From: Ranitomeya imitator
Lineage: Eukaryota
Length of the DNA: 64,000 bases
Reading direction: 5' to 3'
NCBI RefSeq assembly: GCF_032444005.1
Contig: NC_091283.1
Coordinates: 274,350,001 to 274,414,000 of the forward strand
Shown here: piece by piece, positions 12,020 through 25,345 of the stretch
How positions within the stretch are numbered: position 1 is the first letter of the stretch
Layout of the letters: each line of letters starts with the position of its first letter
Translations under genes and position numbers: made by a program
Notes under the pieces: model-generated
The model's database searches: none
What the model was told of the DNA's origin: nothing
The model's input: only the letters and a program-made list of their open reading frames with translations

Positions 12020-15000
12020 ATGTATACCGGGAACACCTCACAGGAGCACCGTATACCGGGAACACCTCACAGGAGCACCGTATACCGGGAACACCCCACA
12101 GGAGCACCGTATACCGGGAACATTCCACAGGAGCAACGTATACCGGGAACACCTCACAGGAGCACCGTATACCGGGAACACCCCACAGGAGCACCGTATA
12201 CCGGGAACACCCCACAGGAGCACCGTATATCGGGAACACCCCACAGGAGCACCGTATACCGGGAACACCCCACAGGAGTACCGTATATCGGGAACACCCC
12301 ACAGGAGCACCGTATACCGGGAACACCCCACAGGAGCACCGTATACCGGAAACACCCCACAGGAGCAGCCGTGTACCGGGAGCACCTCACAGGAGCACCG
12401 TATACCGGGAACACCTCACAGGAGCCTCTGTATACCAGGAACACCTCACAGGAGCCTCCGTATACCGGGAGCACTCCACAGGAGCACCGTAAACCGGGAA
12501 CACCCCACAGGAGCACCGTATACCGGGAACACCTCACAGGAGCACCGTATACCGGGAGCACCCCACAGGGAACCGGGAACACACCACAGGAGCACCGTAT
12601 ACCGGGAGCACTCCACAGGAGCACCGTAAACCGGGAACACCCCACAGGAGCACCGTATACCGAGAACACCTCACAGGAGCACCGCATACCGGGAGCACCC
12701 CACAGGAGCCACCGTATACTGGGAGCACCCCACAGGAGCACCTCACAGGAGCACCGTATACCGGGAACACCCCACAGGAGCACCGTATACCGGAAGCACC
12801 CCACAGGAGCACCTCACAGGAGCACCGTATACCGGGAACACCTCACAGGAGCACCGTATACCGGGAGCACCCCACAGGAGCACCGTATACCAGGAGCACC
12901 GTACACCGGGAACACCTCACAAGAGCACCGTATACCGGGAACACCTCACAGGAGCACCGTATACTGGGAGCACCCCACAGGAGCACCGTATACCGGGAAC
13001 ACCCCACAGGAGCGCCGTATACCGGGAACACCCCACAGGAGCGCCGTATACCGGGAACACCCCACAGGAGCGCCGTATACCGGGAACACCCCACAGGAGC
13101 GCCGTATACCGGGAACACCTCACAGGAGCCTCCGTATACCGGGAGCACCCCACAGGAGCACCGTATACCGGGAACACCCCACAGGAGCACCGTATACCGG
13201 GAACACCCCACAGGAGCACCGTATACCGGGAACACCCCACAGGAGCACCGTATACCGGGAACACCTCACAGGAGCACCGTATACCGGGAACACCCCACAG
13301 GAGCACCGTATACCGGGAACACCCCACAGGAGCACCGTATATCGGGAACACCCCACAGGAGCACCGTATACCGGGAACACCCCACAGGAGTACCGTATAT
13401 CGGGAACACCCCACAGGAGCACCGTATACCGGGAACACCACACAGGAGCAGCTGTATACCGGGAACACCTCACAGGAGCCTCCGTATACCAGGAACATTC
13501 CACAGGAGCAACGTATACCGGGAACACCCCACAGGAGCACCGTATACCGGGAACACCCCACAGGAGCACCGTATACCGGAAACACCCCACAGGAGCAGCC
13601 GTGTACCGGGAGCACCTCACAGGAGCACCGTATACCGGGAACACCTCACAGGAGCCTCTGTATACCAGGAACACCTCACAGGAGCCTCCGTATACCGGGA
13701 GCACTCCACAGGAGCACCGTAAACCGGGAACACCCCACAGGAGCACCGTATACCGGGAACACCTCACAGGAGCACCGTATACTGGGAGCACCCCACAGGG
13801 AACCGGGAACACACCACAGGAGCACCGTATACCGGGAGCACTCCACAGGAGCACCGTAAACCGGGAACACCCCACAGGAGCACCGTATACCGAGAACACC
13901 TCACAGGAGCACCGCATACCGGGAGCACCCCACAGGAGCCACCGTATACCGGGAGCACCCCACAGGAGCACCTCACAGGAGCACCGTATACCGGGAACAC
14001 CCCACAGGAGCACCGTATACCGGAAGCACCCCACAGGAGCACCTCACAGGAGCACCGTATACCGGGAACACCTCACAGGAGCACCGTATACCGGGAGCAC
14101 CCCACAGGAGCACCGTATACCAGGAGCACCGTACACCGGGAACACCTCACAGGAGCACCGTATACCGGGAACACCTCACAGGACCACCGTATACCGGGAG
14201 CACCCCACAGGAGCACCGTATACCGGGAACACCCCACAGGAGCGCCGTATACCGGGAACACCCCACAGGAGCGCCGTATACCGGGAACACCCCACAGGAG
14301 CACCGTATACCGAGAACACCTCACAGGAGCACCGCATACCGGGAGCACCCCACAGGAGCCACCGTATACCAGGAACATTCCACAGGAGCAACGTATACCG
14401 GGAACACCCCACAGGAGCACCGTATACCGGGAACACCCCACAGGAGCACCGTATACCGGAAACACCCCACAGGAGCAGCCGTGTACCGGGAGCACCTCAC
14501 AGGAGCACCGTATACCGGGAACACCTCACAGGAGCCTCTGTATACCAGGAACACCTCACAGGAGCCTCCGTATACCGGGAGCACTCCACAGGAGCACCGT
14601 AAACCGGGAACACCCCACAGGAGCACCGTATACCGGGAACACCTCACAGGAGCACCGTATACTGGGAGCACCCCACAGGGAACCGGGAACACACCACAGG
14701 AGCACCGTATACCGGGAGCACTCCACAGGAGCACCGTAAACCGGGAACACCCCACAGGAGCACCGTATACCGAGAACACCTCACAGGAGCACCGCATACC
14801 GGGAGCACCCCACAGGAGCCACCGTATACCGGGAGCACCCCACAGGAGCACCTCACAGGAGCACCGTATACCGGGAACACCCCACAGGAGCACCGTATAC
14901 CGGAAGCACCCCACAGGAGCACCTCACAGGAGCACCGTATACCGGGAACACCTCACAGGAGCACCGTATACCGGGAGCACCCCACAGGAGCACCGTATAC

Positions 15001-15725
15001 CAGGAGCACCGTACACCGGGAACACCTCACAGGAGCACCGTATACCGGGAACACCTCACAGGACCACCGTATACCGGGAGCACCCCACAGGAGCACCGTA
15101 TACCGGGAACACCCCACAGGAGCGCCGTATACCGGGAACACCCCACAGGAGCGCCGTATACCGGGAACACCCCACAGGAGCCTCCGTATACCGGGAACAC
15201 CCCACAGGAGCACCGTATACCGGGAACACCCCACAGGAGCACCGTATACCGGGAACACCCCACAGGAGCACCGTATACCGGGAACACCCCACAGGAGCAC
15301 CGTATACCAGGAACACCTCACAGGAGCACCGTATACCGGGAACACCCCACAGGAGCACCGTATACCGGGAACACCTCACAGGAGCACCGTATACCGGGAA
15401 CACCCCACAGGAGCACCGTATACCGGGAACACCCCACAGGAGCACCGTATACCGGGAACACCCCACAGGAGCACCGTATACCGGGAACACCCCACAGGAG
15501 CACCGTATACCGGGAACACCCCACAGGAGCACCGTATACCGGGAACACCCCACAGGAGCACCGTATACCGGGAACACCTCACCGGAGCACCGTATACCGG
15601 GAATACCTCACAGGAGCCTCCGTATACCGGGAGCACCCCACAGGAGCACCGTATACCGGGAACACCTCACAGGAGCACCGTATACCGGGAACACCCCACA
15701 GGAGCACCGTATATCGGGAACACAC
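12020..15725. repeat. 29-bp minisatellite array 2 (same family as 614-3066)
   Basis: Same unit with 29-bp period (15421 to 15450); block duplications offset by ~1230 and ~880 bp. Confidence 0.95.
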
Positions 15726-15869
15726 CACAATATATAACTACATAGATAGCTGACAGTATAATGCTGAGGTGATGATGTACAGACACGTTAGACCCGTGCT
15801 CTGTCCCCCGTCAGTTATCGGAGCAATTCTGAGGAGATATCTCTAATTATACCCTGTAGGGACACAAGC

Positions 15870-16330
15870 CAAAACCAACCAATCAGGTTACATCTCTCAT
15901 TTCTAAAACCAGTTGGAAATCAAAAAAATGTTACCGATTGGTCGCTGGGGGCGACTGCTCCTTTCTTGTCCTTATTATTAAGTTCTTGTTCGAAATGGCG
16001 CCAAATTTGATGACGACAAGCGGTGACGTCACACAGTGTCTGAGCCGGTGATATCACCTTAGGCCCCGGAGCTGAGCATCGCTGTGACGCGCAGCCGCAG
16101 ACATTTCTGCTCTGCGCCAAGCTGTTCTGTCCCTCCTCGCTGCACGTAGTTGTCGTTCTGCTGCTGTCAGAGGCGCTAGGAGACCGACGAGTCACGTGGT
16201 GCGCAGCGCGACCGGACAAAACCAAGACACTGCGACACCCCCTAAGGTAGGTACATAATGGACCCCCCTCCACTATATAATCCCTGTGTAGCGTGCAGCG
16301 TCTCCACAAGTGGCCGCGACGCCCTCCATT
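15870..16330 (+). promoter_or_regulatory. CpG-rich putative TBCD promoter
   Basis: CpG-dense unique sequence; CCAAT (~15880) and ATTGG (~15937); YY1-like aaatggcg 15993-16000; CRE tgacgtca 16024-31; E-box cacgtg 16193-98. Motif-based inference only. Confidence 0.6.
16100..16246 (+). other. TBCD: Putative non-coding first exon of TBCD (start approximate)
   Basis: Donor-like AAG|GTAGGT at 16246/16247. The ATG exon is preceded by a pyrimidine tract and acceptor (tctcctctttccag|ACATG, AG at 17783-84). Confidence 0.5.
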
Positions 16331-16345
16331 GTCTGAATCCCCACC

Positions 16346-17750
16346 CCTGTATATATACTGCTCTCCTCCCCCGACACGTCTGTATATATACTGCTCTCCT
16401 CCCCCGACACGTCTGTATATATACTGCTCTCCTCCCCCGGCACGTCTGTATATATGCTGCTCTCCTCCCCCGACGCGTCTGTATATATACTGCTCTCCTC
16501 CCCCGACGCGTCTGTATATGTACTGCTCTCCTGCCCGACGCGTCTGTATATGTTCTGCTCTCCTCCCCCGACGCGTCTGTATATGTTCTGCTCTCCTGCC
16601 CGACGCGTCTGTATATGTACTGCTCTCCTCCCCGACGCGTCTGTATATGTTCTGCTCTCCTCCCTCGACGCGTCTGTATATGTACTGCTCTCCTCCCCGA
16701 CGCGTCTGTATATGTACTGCTCTCCTCCCCCGACGCGTCTGTATATGTACTGCTCTCCTCCCCGACGCGTCTGTATATGTACTGCTCTCCTCCCCCGACG
16801 CGTCTGTATATGTACTGCTCTCCTCCCCCGAGGCGTCTGTATATGTACTGCTCTCCTCCCCCGAGGCGTCTGTATATGTACTGCTCTTCTCCCCTGAGGC
16901 GTCTGTATATGTACTGCTCTCCTCCCCCGACGCGTCTGTATATATACTGCTCTCCTCCCCGACGCGTCTGTATATGTACTGCTCTCCTCCCCCGACGCGT
17001 CTGTATATGTACTGCTCTCCTCCCCCGACGCGTCTGTATATGTACTGCTCTCCTCCCCCGAGGCGTCTGTATATGTACTGCTCTCCTCCCCCGAGGCGTC
17101 TGTATATGTACTGCTCTTCTCCCCTGAGGCGTCTGTATATGTACTGCTCTCCTCCCCCGAGGCGTCTGTATATGTACTGCTCTCCTCCCCCGAGGCGTCT
17201 GTATATGTACTGCTCTCCTCCCCTGAGGCGTCTGTATATGTACTGCTCTCCTCCCCCGACGCGTCTGTATATGTACTGCTCTCCTCCCCCGACGCGTCTG
17301 TATATGTACTGCTCTCCTCCCCCGACGCGTCTGTGTATGTACTGCTCTCCTCCCCCAGAACGTCTGTATATATACTGCTCTCCTCCCCCGACGCGTCTGT
17401 ATATATACTGCTCTCCTCCCCGGCACGTCTGTATATATCAGTGGTCCCCAACTCCAGGCCTCGAGGGCCGCCAACAGTGCAGGTTTTCATGATTTCCTTA
17501 GTATTGCACAGGGGTTGGAATCATCACCTGTGCAGATGATCACATTACCACCGATGCAATACTAAAGAAATCCTGAAAACCTGCACTGTTGGCGGCCCTC
17601 GAGGCCTGGAGTTGGGGACCCCTGGTATATATATTGCTCTCCTCCCCTGTCACGTCTGTGTATATACTGCTCTCCTCCCCCGGCACGTCTGTGTATATAC
17701 TGCTCTCCTCCCTGACATGTCTTTATATATACTGCTCTCCACCCCACACA
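16346..17750. repeat. 32/33-bp minisatellite (tgtatatgtactgctctcctcccccgacgcgtc)
   Basis: Direct tandem units, interrupted by a hAT MITE. Confidence 0.95.
17439..17624. mobile_element. hAT-type MITE (186 bp)
   Basis: Long TIR cagtggtccccaactccaggcctcgagggccgccaacagtgcagg and its complement; 8-bp TSD GTATATAT at 17431-38 and 17625-32. Confidence 0.9.
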
Positions 17751-17786
17751 TCCTCAGTGGTCTCCATTATTCTCCTCTTTCCAGAC

Positions 17787-17961
17787 ATGATGGCCGCCGA
17801 CGGTTCTGAGCGAGAGGAGGACGGGGGGCCAGAGACGGTGTCCAGCGGAAACATCCTGGAGTCGTTCAATGAGAGCACGGAGATCCGAGATCTGATCACC
17901 AGCCTGCGGGACATATGTGAGGAGCTCGTCAGCCGGGAGGTCTGCACACAGAGGTTCATAG
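17787..17961 (+). CDS. TBCD: Tubulin-specific chaperone D, coding exon 1
   Basis: MMAADGSEREEDGG...ILESFNESTEIRDLI...QRFI; donor G|GTGAGC; phase 1. Confidence 0.9.
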
Positions 17962-18048
17962 GTGAGCAGAAACCATCAGCAAGTAGGCAGAAGACGGACA
18001 GATAATGCTGCATTTCCACCACTACCGGTCTTCTCTGTTGTGTTGCAG

Positions 18049-18099
18049 TTATAATGGACGCCTACCAGGAGCAGCCGCACCTCCTGGACCCTCACCTGC
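18049..18099 (+). CDS. TBCD: TBCD coding exon 2 (51 bp)
   Basis: VIMDAYQEQPHLLDPHL; ttgcag acceptor, gtaagt donor. Confidence 0.97.
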
Positions 18100-18129
18100 G
18101 TAAGTTTCCTCACACTCTCGCTGTGAGTG

Positions 18130-18980
18130 GAGATTACCACCAGGGGCAGCAGAGCAGTGTGCACAGCTGCACACCTACAGATTACATCACTTGGGGGGCG
18201 CAGAGTAGTGTGTGCCCCTCCAGAGCTCACCACCAGGGGGCAGCAGAGTAGTGTGTGCACCTCCAGAGCTCACAACCAGGGGGCAGCAGAGTAGTGTGTG
18301 CACCTACAGAGCTCACCACTAGGGGGTAGCAGAGTAGTGTGCACACCTCCAAAGCTCGCCAGCAGAGGGCAGCGGAGTACTGTGCTCACCACCAGGGGCC
18401 AGCAGAGTAACACACCTCCAGAGCTCACCACCAGGGGGCAGCAGAGCAGTGTGCACAGCTGCAGATTTCACCTTTAGGGGGCAGCAGAGTAGTGTGTGCT
18501 CCTACATAGGTCACCACCACGGGGCAGCAGAGTAGCATGCTCATCTCCAGAGCTCACCGCCAGGGGGCAGCAGAGTAGCGTGAGCATCTACAGAGCTCAC
18601 ACCACCAGGGGGCAGCAGAGTAGCATACACACCTACAGAGCTCACCACCAGGGGGCTGCAGAGTAGCGTGTGCACCTACAGGGCTCACCACTAGGGGGCA
18701 GCAGAGTAGTGTGCACACCTCCAAAGCTCGCCACCAGAGGGCAGCGGAGTACTGTGCTCACCACCAGGGCCAGAAGAGTAACACACCTCCAGAGCTCACC
18801 ACCAGGGGACAGCAGAGTAGTGTGCGCACTTCCAGGGCTCACCACCAAGGGGCAGCAGAGTAGCATGCGCGCCTTCAGATCTCAGCACCAGGAAGCAGCA
18901 GAATAGTGTGCACACCTCCAGAGCTCAGCACCAGGGGGCAGCAGAGTAGCACGCCTCCAGACCTCACCACCAGGAGACAG
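18130..18980. repeat. ~43-bp degenerate minisatellite in TBCD intron 2
   Basis: Variants of cagagtagtgtgtgcacctccagagctcaccaccagggggcag; one orphan unit at ~24297-24322. Confidence 0.9.
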
Positions 18981-20667
18981 CAGAGTAGTGTGCGCACCAA
19001 CTGAAAAACCCAACTACGATAATTCGGAATCCCAGAAAAGAGTATAAACCAAAAGAAAAAACAAGGATCCCTAAAAAGTAACTTTTATTAACCCCTCTGT
19101 GACCTTAGACGTACTATCCCGTCGAGGTGCCCTGGGCTTATCTGACCCTGGACGGGATAGTACGTCATAGCCGATCGGCCGCGCTCACGGACCGCCCCCG
19201 GCACATTAACCCCTGGCACACCGCGATCAAAGATGATCGCGATGTGCCGGCGGTGCAGGGAAGCACCGCGCAGGGAGGGGGCTCCCTGCGGGCTTCCCTG
19301 AGCCCCCCGCAGCAACGCGATGTGATCGCGTTGCTGCGAGGGTCTCCTCACCTCCCTCCCTGCTCGAGCCCCGGATCCAAGATGGCCGCGGATCCGGGTC
19401 CTGCAGGGAGGGAGGTGGCTTCACAGAGCCTGCTTAGAGCAGGCACTGTGAAGGCTGCAGCGCTGCATGTCAGATCAGTGATCTGACAGAGTGCTGTGCA
19501 AACTGTCAGATCACTGATCTGTGATGTCCCCCCCTGGGACAAAGTAAAAAAGTTAAAAAAAAATTTTCCAAATGTGTAAAAAAAATTAAAAAAAATATTC
19601 CAAAATAATGAAAAAAAAAAAAAAAATATTATTCCCATAAATACATTTCTTCATCTAAATAAAAAAAAAAAAACAATAAAAGTACACATATTTAGTATCG
19701 CCGCGTCCGTAACGACCCGACCTATAAAACTGTCCCACTAGTTAACCCCTTCAGTAAACACCGTAAGAAAAAAAAAAAAAAAACGAGGCAAAAAACAACG
19801 CTTTATTATCATACCGCCGAACAAAAAGTGGAATAACACGCAATCAAAAGGACAGATATAAATAACCATGGTACCGCTGAAAGCGTCATATTGTCCCGCA
19901 AAAAAAGAGCCGCCATACAGCATCATCAGCAAAAAAATAAAAAAGTTATAGTCCTGAGAATAAAGCGATGCAAAAATAATTATTTTTTCTGTAAAATAGT
20001 TTTTATTGTATAAAAGCACCAAACCATAAAAAAATGATATAAATGAGGTATCGCTGTAATCGTACTGACCCGAAGAATAAAACTGATTTATCAATTTTAC
20101 CAAACGCAGAACGGTATAAACGCCTCCCCCAATAGAAATTCATGAATAGCTGGCTTTTGGTCATTCTTCCTCACAAAAATCGGAATAAAAAGCGATAAAA
20201 AAATGTCACGTGCCCAAAAATGTTTTCAATAAAAACGTCAACTCGTCCCGCAAAAAACAAGACCTCACATGACTCTGTGGACCAAAATATGGAAAAATTA
20301 TAGCTCTCAAAATGTGGTATTGCAAAAAATATTTTTTGCAATAAAAAGGGTCTTTCAGTGTGTGACGGCTGCCAATCATAAAAATCCGCTAAAAAACCCG
20401 CTATAAAAGTAAATCAAACCCCCCTTCATCACCCCCTTAGTTAGGGAAAAATAAAAAAAAATGTATTTATTTCCATTTTCCNNNNNNNNNNNNNNNNNNN
20501 NNNNNNNNNNNNNNNNNNNNNNNNNNNNNNNNNNNNNNNNNNNNNNNNNNNNNNNNNNNNNNNNNNNNNNNNNNNNNNNNNNNNNNNNNNNNNNNNNNNN
20601 NNNNNNNNNNNNNNNNNNNNNNNNNNNNNNNNNNNNNNNNNNNNNNNNNNNNNNNNNNNNNNNNNNN

Positions 20668-20825
20668 AGTTAGGGTTGGGGCTAAAGTTAGGGTTAGGGT
20701 TTAGATTACATTTACAGTTGGGAATAGGGTTGGGATTAGGGTTAGGGGTGTGTCAGGGTTAGAGGTGTGGTTAGGGTTACCGTTGGAATTAGGGTTAGGG
20801 GTGTGTTTAGATTAGGGTTTCAGTT
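20668..20825 (+). repeat. Degenerate telomere-like (TTAGGG) repeats
   Basis: ttagggttggggctaaagttagggttaggg...ttagggttagggg, next to the gap and internal to the piggyBac-like element. Confidence 0.8.
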
Positions 20826-20829
20826 ATAA

Positions 20830-22630
20830 TTGGGGGGTTTCCACTGTTTCGGCACATCAGGGGCTCTCCAAACACGACATGGCGTCCGATCTCAATTCCA
20901 GCCAATTCTGCGTTGAAAAAGTAAAACAGTGCTCCTTCCCTTCCGAGCTCTCCTGTGTGCCCAAACAGGGGTTTACCCCAACATATGGGGTATCAGCGTA
21001 CTCAGGACAAATTGGACAACAACTTTTGTGGACCAATTTCTCCTGTTACCCTTGGGAAAATACAAAACTGGGGGCTAAAAAATAATTTTTGTGGGAAAAC
21101 AAAAAGATTTTTTATTTTCACGGCTCTGCGTTATAAACTGTAGTGAAACACTTGGGGGTTCAAAGTTCTCACAACACATCTAGATAAGTTCATTGAGGGG
21201 TCTAGTTTCCAATATGGGGTCACTTGTGGGGGGTTTCTACTGTTTAGGTACATTAGGGGCTCTGCAAACGCAATGTGACGCCTGCAGACCATTCCATCTA
21301 AGTCTGCATTCCAAATGATGCTCCTTCCCTTCCGAGCCCTCCCATGCGCCCAAACGGTGGTTCCCCCCCAGATATCGGGTATCAGCGTACTCAGGACAAA
21401 TTGGACAACAACATTTAGGGTCCAATTTCTCCTGCTAACCTTGGAAAAATACAAAACTGGGGGCTAAAATATAATTTTTGTGGAAAAAAAAATATTTTTT
21501 ATTTGCACGGCTCTGCGTTATAAACTGTAGTGAAATACTTGGGGGTTCAAAGCTCTCACAACACATCAAGATGAGTTCCTTAGGGGGTCTACTTTCCAAA
21601 ATGGTGTCACTTGTGGGGGGTTTCTACTGTTTAGGTACATTAGGGGCTCTGCAAACGCAATGTGATGCCTGCAAACCATTCCATCTAAGTCTGCATTCCA
21701 AATGGCGCTCCTTCCCTTCCGAACCCTCCCATGCGCCCAAACGGTGGTTCCCCCCCCCCACATATGGGGTATCAGCGTACTCAGGACAAATTGGACAACA
21801 ACTTTTGGGGTCCAATTTCTCCTGTTACCCTAGGGAAAATACAAAACTGGGGGCTAAAAAATAATTTTTGTGGGAAAAAAATTTTGTTTTATTTTTATGG
21901 CTCTGCATTATAAACTTCTGTGAAGCCCTTGGTGGGTCAAAGTGCTCACCACACCTCTAGATAAGTTCCTTAGGGGGTCTACTTTCCAAAATGGTGTCAC
22001 TTGTGGGGGGTTTCAATGTTTAGGCACATCAGTGGCTCTCCAAACGCAACATGGCGTCCCATCTCAATTCCTGTCAATTTTGCATTGAAAAGTCAAACGG
22101 CGCTCCTTCCCTTCCGAGCTCTCCCATGCGCCCAAACAGTGGTTTACTGCCACATATGGGGTATCAGCGTACTCGGGACAAATTGGACAACAACTTTTGA
22201 GGTCCAATTTCTTCTCTTACCCTTGGAAAAATAAAAAATTGGGGGCAAAAATATAATTTTTGTGAAAAAATATGATTTTTTATTTTTACGCTTCTGCATT
22301 ATAAACTTCTGTGAAGCACTTGGTGGGTCAAAGTGCTCACCACACCTCTAGATAAGTTCCTTAGGGGGTCTACTTTCCAAAATGGTGTCACTTGTGGGGG
22401 GTTTCAATGTTTAGGCACATCAGTGGCTCTCCAAACGCAACATGGCGTCCCATCTCAATTTCTGTCAATTTTGCATTGAAAAGTCAAACTGCGCTCCTTC
22501 CCTTCCGAGCTCTCCCATGCGCCCAAACAGTGGTTTACTGCCACATATGGGGTATCAGCGTACTCAGGACAAATTGGACAACAACTTTTGGGGTCCATTT
22601 TCTCCTGTTACCCTTGGTAAAATAAAACAA
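20830..22630. repeat. ~390-bp tandem repeat (4-5 units) inside the piggyBac-like element
   Basis: Recurring ctagataagttcc...ggggtcagcgtactcaggacaaattggacaacaac blocks at ~390-bp spacing (e.g. ~21957, ~22348). Confidence 0.85.
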
Positions 22631-23272
22631 ATTGGAGCTGAAGTAAATTTTTTGTGTAAAAAAGTTAAATGTTCATTTTTATTTAAACATTCCAAAAATT
22701 CCTATTAAACACCTGAAGGGTTAATAAACTTCTTGAATGTGGTTTTGAGCACCTTGAGGGGTGCAGTTTTTAGAATGGTGTCACACTTGGGCATTTTCTA
22801 TCATATAGACCCCTCAAAATGACTTCAAATGAGACGTGGTCCCTAAAAAAAAATGGTGTTGTAAAAATGAGAAATTGCTGGTCAACTTTTAACCCTTATA
22901 ACTCCCTAACAAAAAAAAAATTGGTTCCAAAATTATGCTGATGTAAAGGAGACATGTGGGAAATGTTACTTAGTAAGTATTTTGTGTGACATATCTCTGT
23001 GATTTAATTGCATAAAAATTCAAAGTTTGAAAATTGCGAAATTTTCAAAATTTTCGCCAAATTTCCGTTTTTTTCACAAATAAACGCAGGTACTATCAAA
23101 GAAATTTTACCACTATCATGAAGTACAATATGTCACGAGAAAACAATGTCAGAATCACCAGGATCCGTTGAAGCGTTTCGGAGTTATAACCTCATAAAGG
23201 GACAGTGGTCAGAATTGTAAAAATTGGCCTGGTCATTAACGTGCAAACCACCCTTGGGGGTAAAGGGGTTAA

Positions 23273-24250
23273 ATACGATTAAAAAGACTATATTTATCCA
23301 AAATACAAGTAAAACCGTATTAAATGTACCTATTAGACCCTACGTCGAACTACAATGAGTCCTGCCTGACAGTGGAGGTAGACACCCTAAATTACTGCGG
23401 TAGGTGCCCCTACTCAACGACGGCTGACCCTAGGGTCCCTAACAGTCCCTATAATAAGGGATAGACAAAAGATATTGTCCCACATACACCTCCAATACCC
23501 GTGAGAGAGAAAAAAACTAAACAAAATGCAAAAAATAACCCCCAAAAATAAATATAAATAACAAAAAATGAATGTACTTAGTAAATGTACCAGAGGGAGC
23601 AGTACAAAGCACAATGTCTAAAGAGCAATGTCCCCCTAGAGGTAAAGTACAGTCAGATGATTAAACCCAACTACGGGTACACAGAGTGTAAAAAATACAT
23701 ATTTTGTCCAAAGAAGATCAAAAGATACACTGCACAAAAGTGCCTTAAATAATCAGTCAATGAGACATAAGATATCGTTATACACACTCCTATCTTATTA
23801 AATAAGGTCCAAACTTGTCTCACTGTTTAATGCACCAGTGCTAGATATAAGAAGCAAAAAAGGACTATTAATATGTGTCCTCAAGGTTAGATATGATGTA
23901 ATAATCAACGGTCTATTAACCACGACAAGATATGGACAAATAAGAACTTCCAAGTAGCAGGGATAAGGCCACAACCAGTACTCAGTATCAATATAAGGAG
24001 AGCTCCCCAATGTAAATAGAATGAGGAGTAGAGGACTCAATCATCCTATTGATGCAGATAGATAAGAAACAACATTTTAGCCACCAGTGTACTCATCTAT
24101 TTGCTGAGGTTTCATGGTGTGGATCCAGCTACTACCAAAAATTCAGACGATTCCATGCAGATAGATATAACCAGCATCTGTCATATTGTCCCCAAACAAT
24201 GCCCGATGCGTTTTCCCCCCATAGGAAATGACCGGGGTTCATCGGGTTAG
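23273..24250 (-). mobile_element. Probable Penelope-like remnant (left part at ~18985-19091, split by the piggyBac-like element)
   Basis: A-rich sequence continuous across the TTAA site (aagtaacttttaTTAAatacgatt); degenerate hammerhead-like motif at 24201-24250. No ORF. Confidence 0.35.
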
Positions 24251-24592
<342 letters not shown>

Positions 24593-24712
24593 TGAGCTCC
24601 ATGCCGTTAGCTCCCTCTATTGGTGACAACATGATTATAATCCGAGAGCTATGGTGAATTCTGTAAACGATCTCCGTGGGGTCATGTGGTGCTGCTCGGG
24701 GGTCTCTGCTGA

Positions 24713-24985
<273 letters not shown>

Positions 24986-25197
24986 TAGCGACGCTGGCGT
25001 GTACGGCATGGTGACGCTGGCGGGGGGTGCGGGATGGTGATGCTGGATGTGCAGAATGATGACGCTGACTCTCTCTGGGTGCAGGGTACTGACATGGGGT
25101 GCAGGATGATGACGCTGGGGGTGCAGGGTACTGACATTGGAGATGCAGGATGATGACGCTGACCCTCAAGGTGCTTCTGGGTTGCACACTGTCATTC

Positions 25198-25314
25198 GGG
25201 CAGCACGGTGGCTCAGTGGTTAGCACAGCAGCCTTGCAGCGCTGGGGTCCTGGGTTCTAATCCCACCTTGGACAACATCTGCAAAGAGTTTGTATGTTCT
25301 CTCCGTGTTTGCGT

Positions 25315-25345
<31 letters not shown>

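Larger units (their letters stand above)
19092..23268. mobile_element. piggyBac-like non-autonomous element (~4.2 kb including a gap)
   Basis: TTAA|CCCCT at the left (TTAA 19088-91) and AGGGG|TTAA at the right (TTAA 23269-72). TIR match is short; no transposase ORF. Confidence 0.6.

Noticed and set aside
520-15737. Long ORFs (up to 860 aa) over the 29-bp arrays
   Set aside because: The unit lacks stops in several frames; the ORFs overlap on both strands, shift frame every unit, and contain no domain.
1-15870. Exons of an upstream neighbour such as FN3K or FN3KRP
   Set aside because: All sequence here is accounted for by repeats; no matching peptide was seen.
15920-16309. Divergent minus-strand gene from the TBCD promoter (129-aa ORF; AAG|GTGATA donor at ~16057)
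   Set aside because: No recognisable protein and no downstream minus-strand exons; GC-rich promoters produce such ORFs by chance.
20668-20825. A true telomere or chromosome end
   Set aside because: Short, degenerate, and internal to a TTAA-bounded element within an intron.
25198-25275. tRNA gene
   Set aside because: A and B boxes are present but continue into a SINE core and tail, and there is no cloverleaf acceptor stem.
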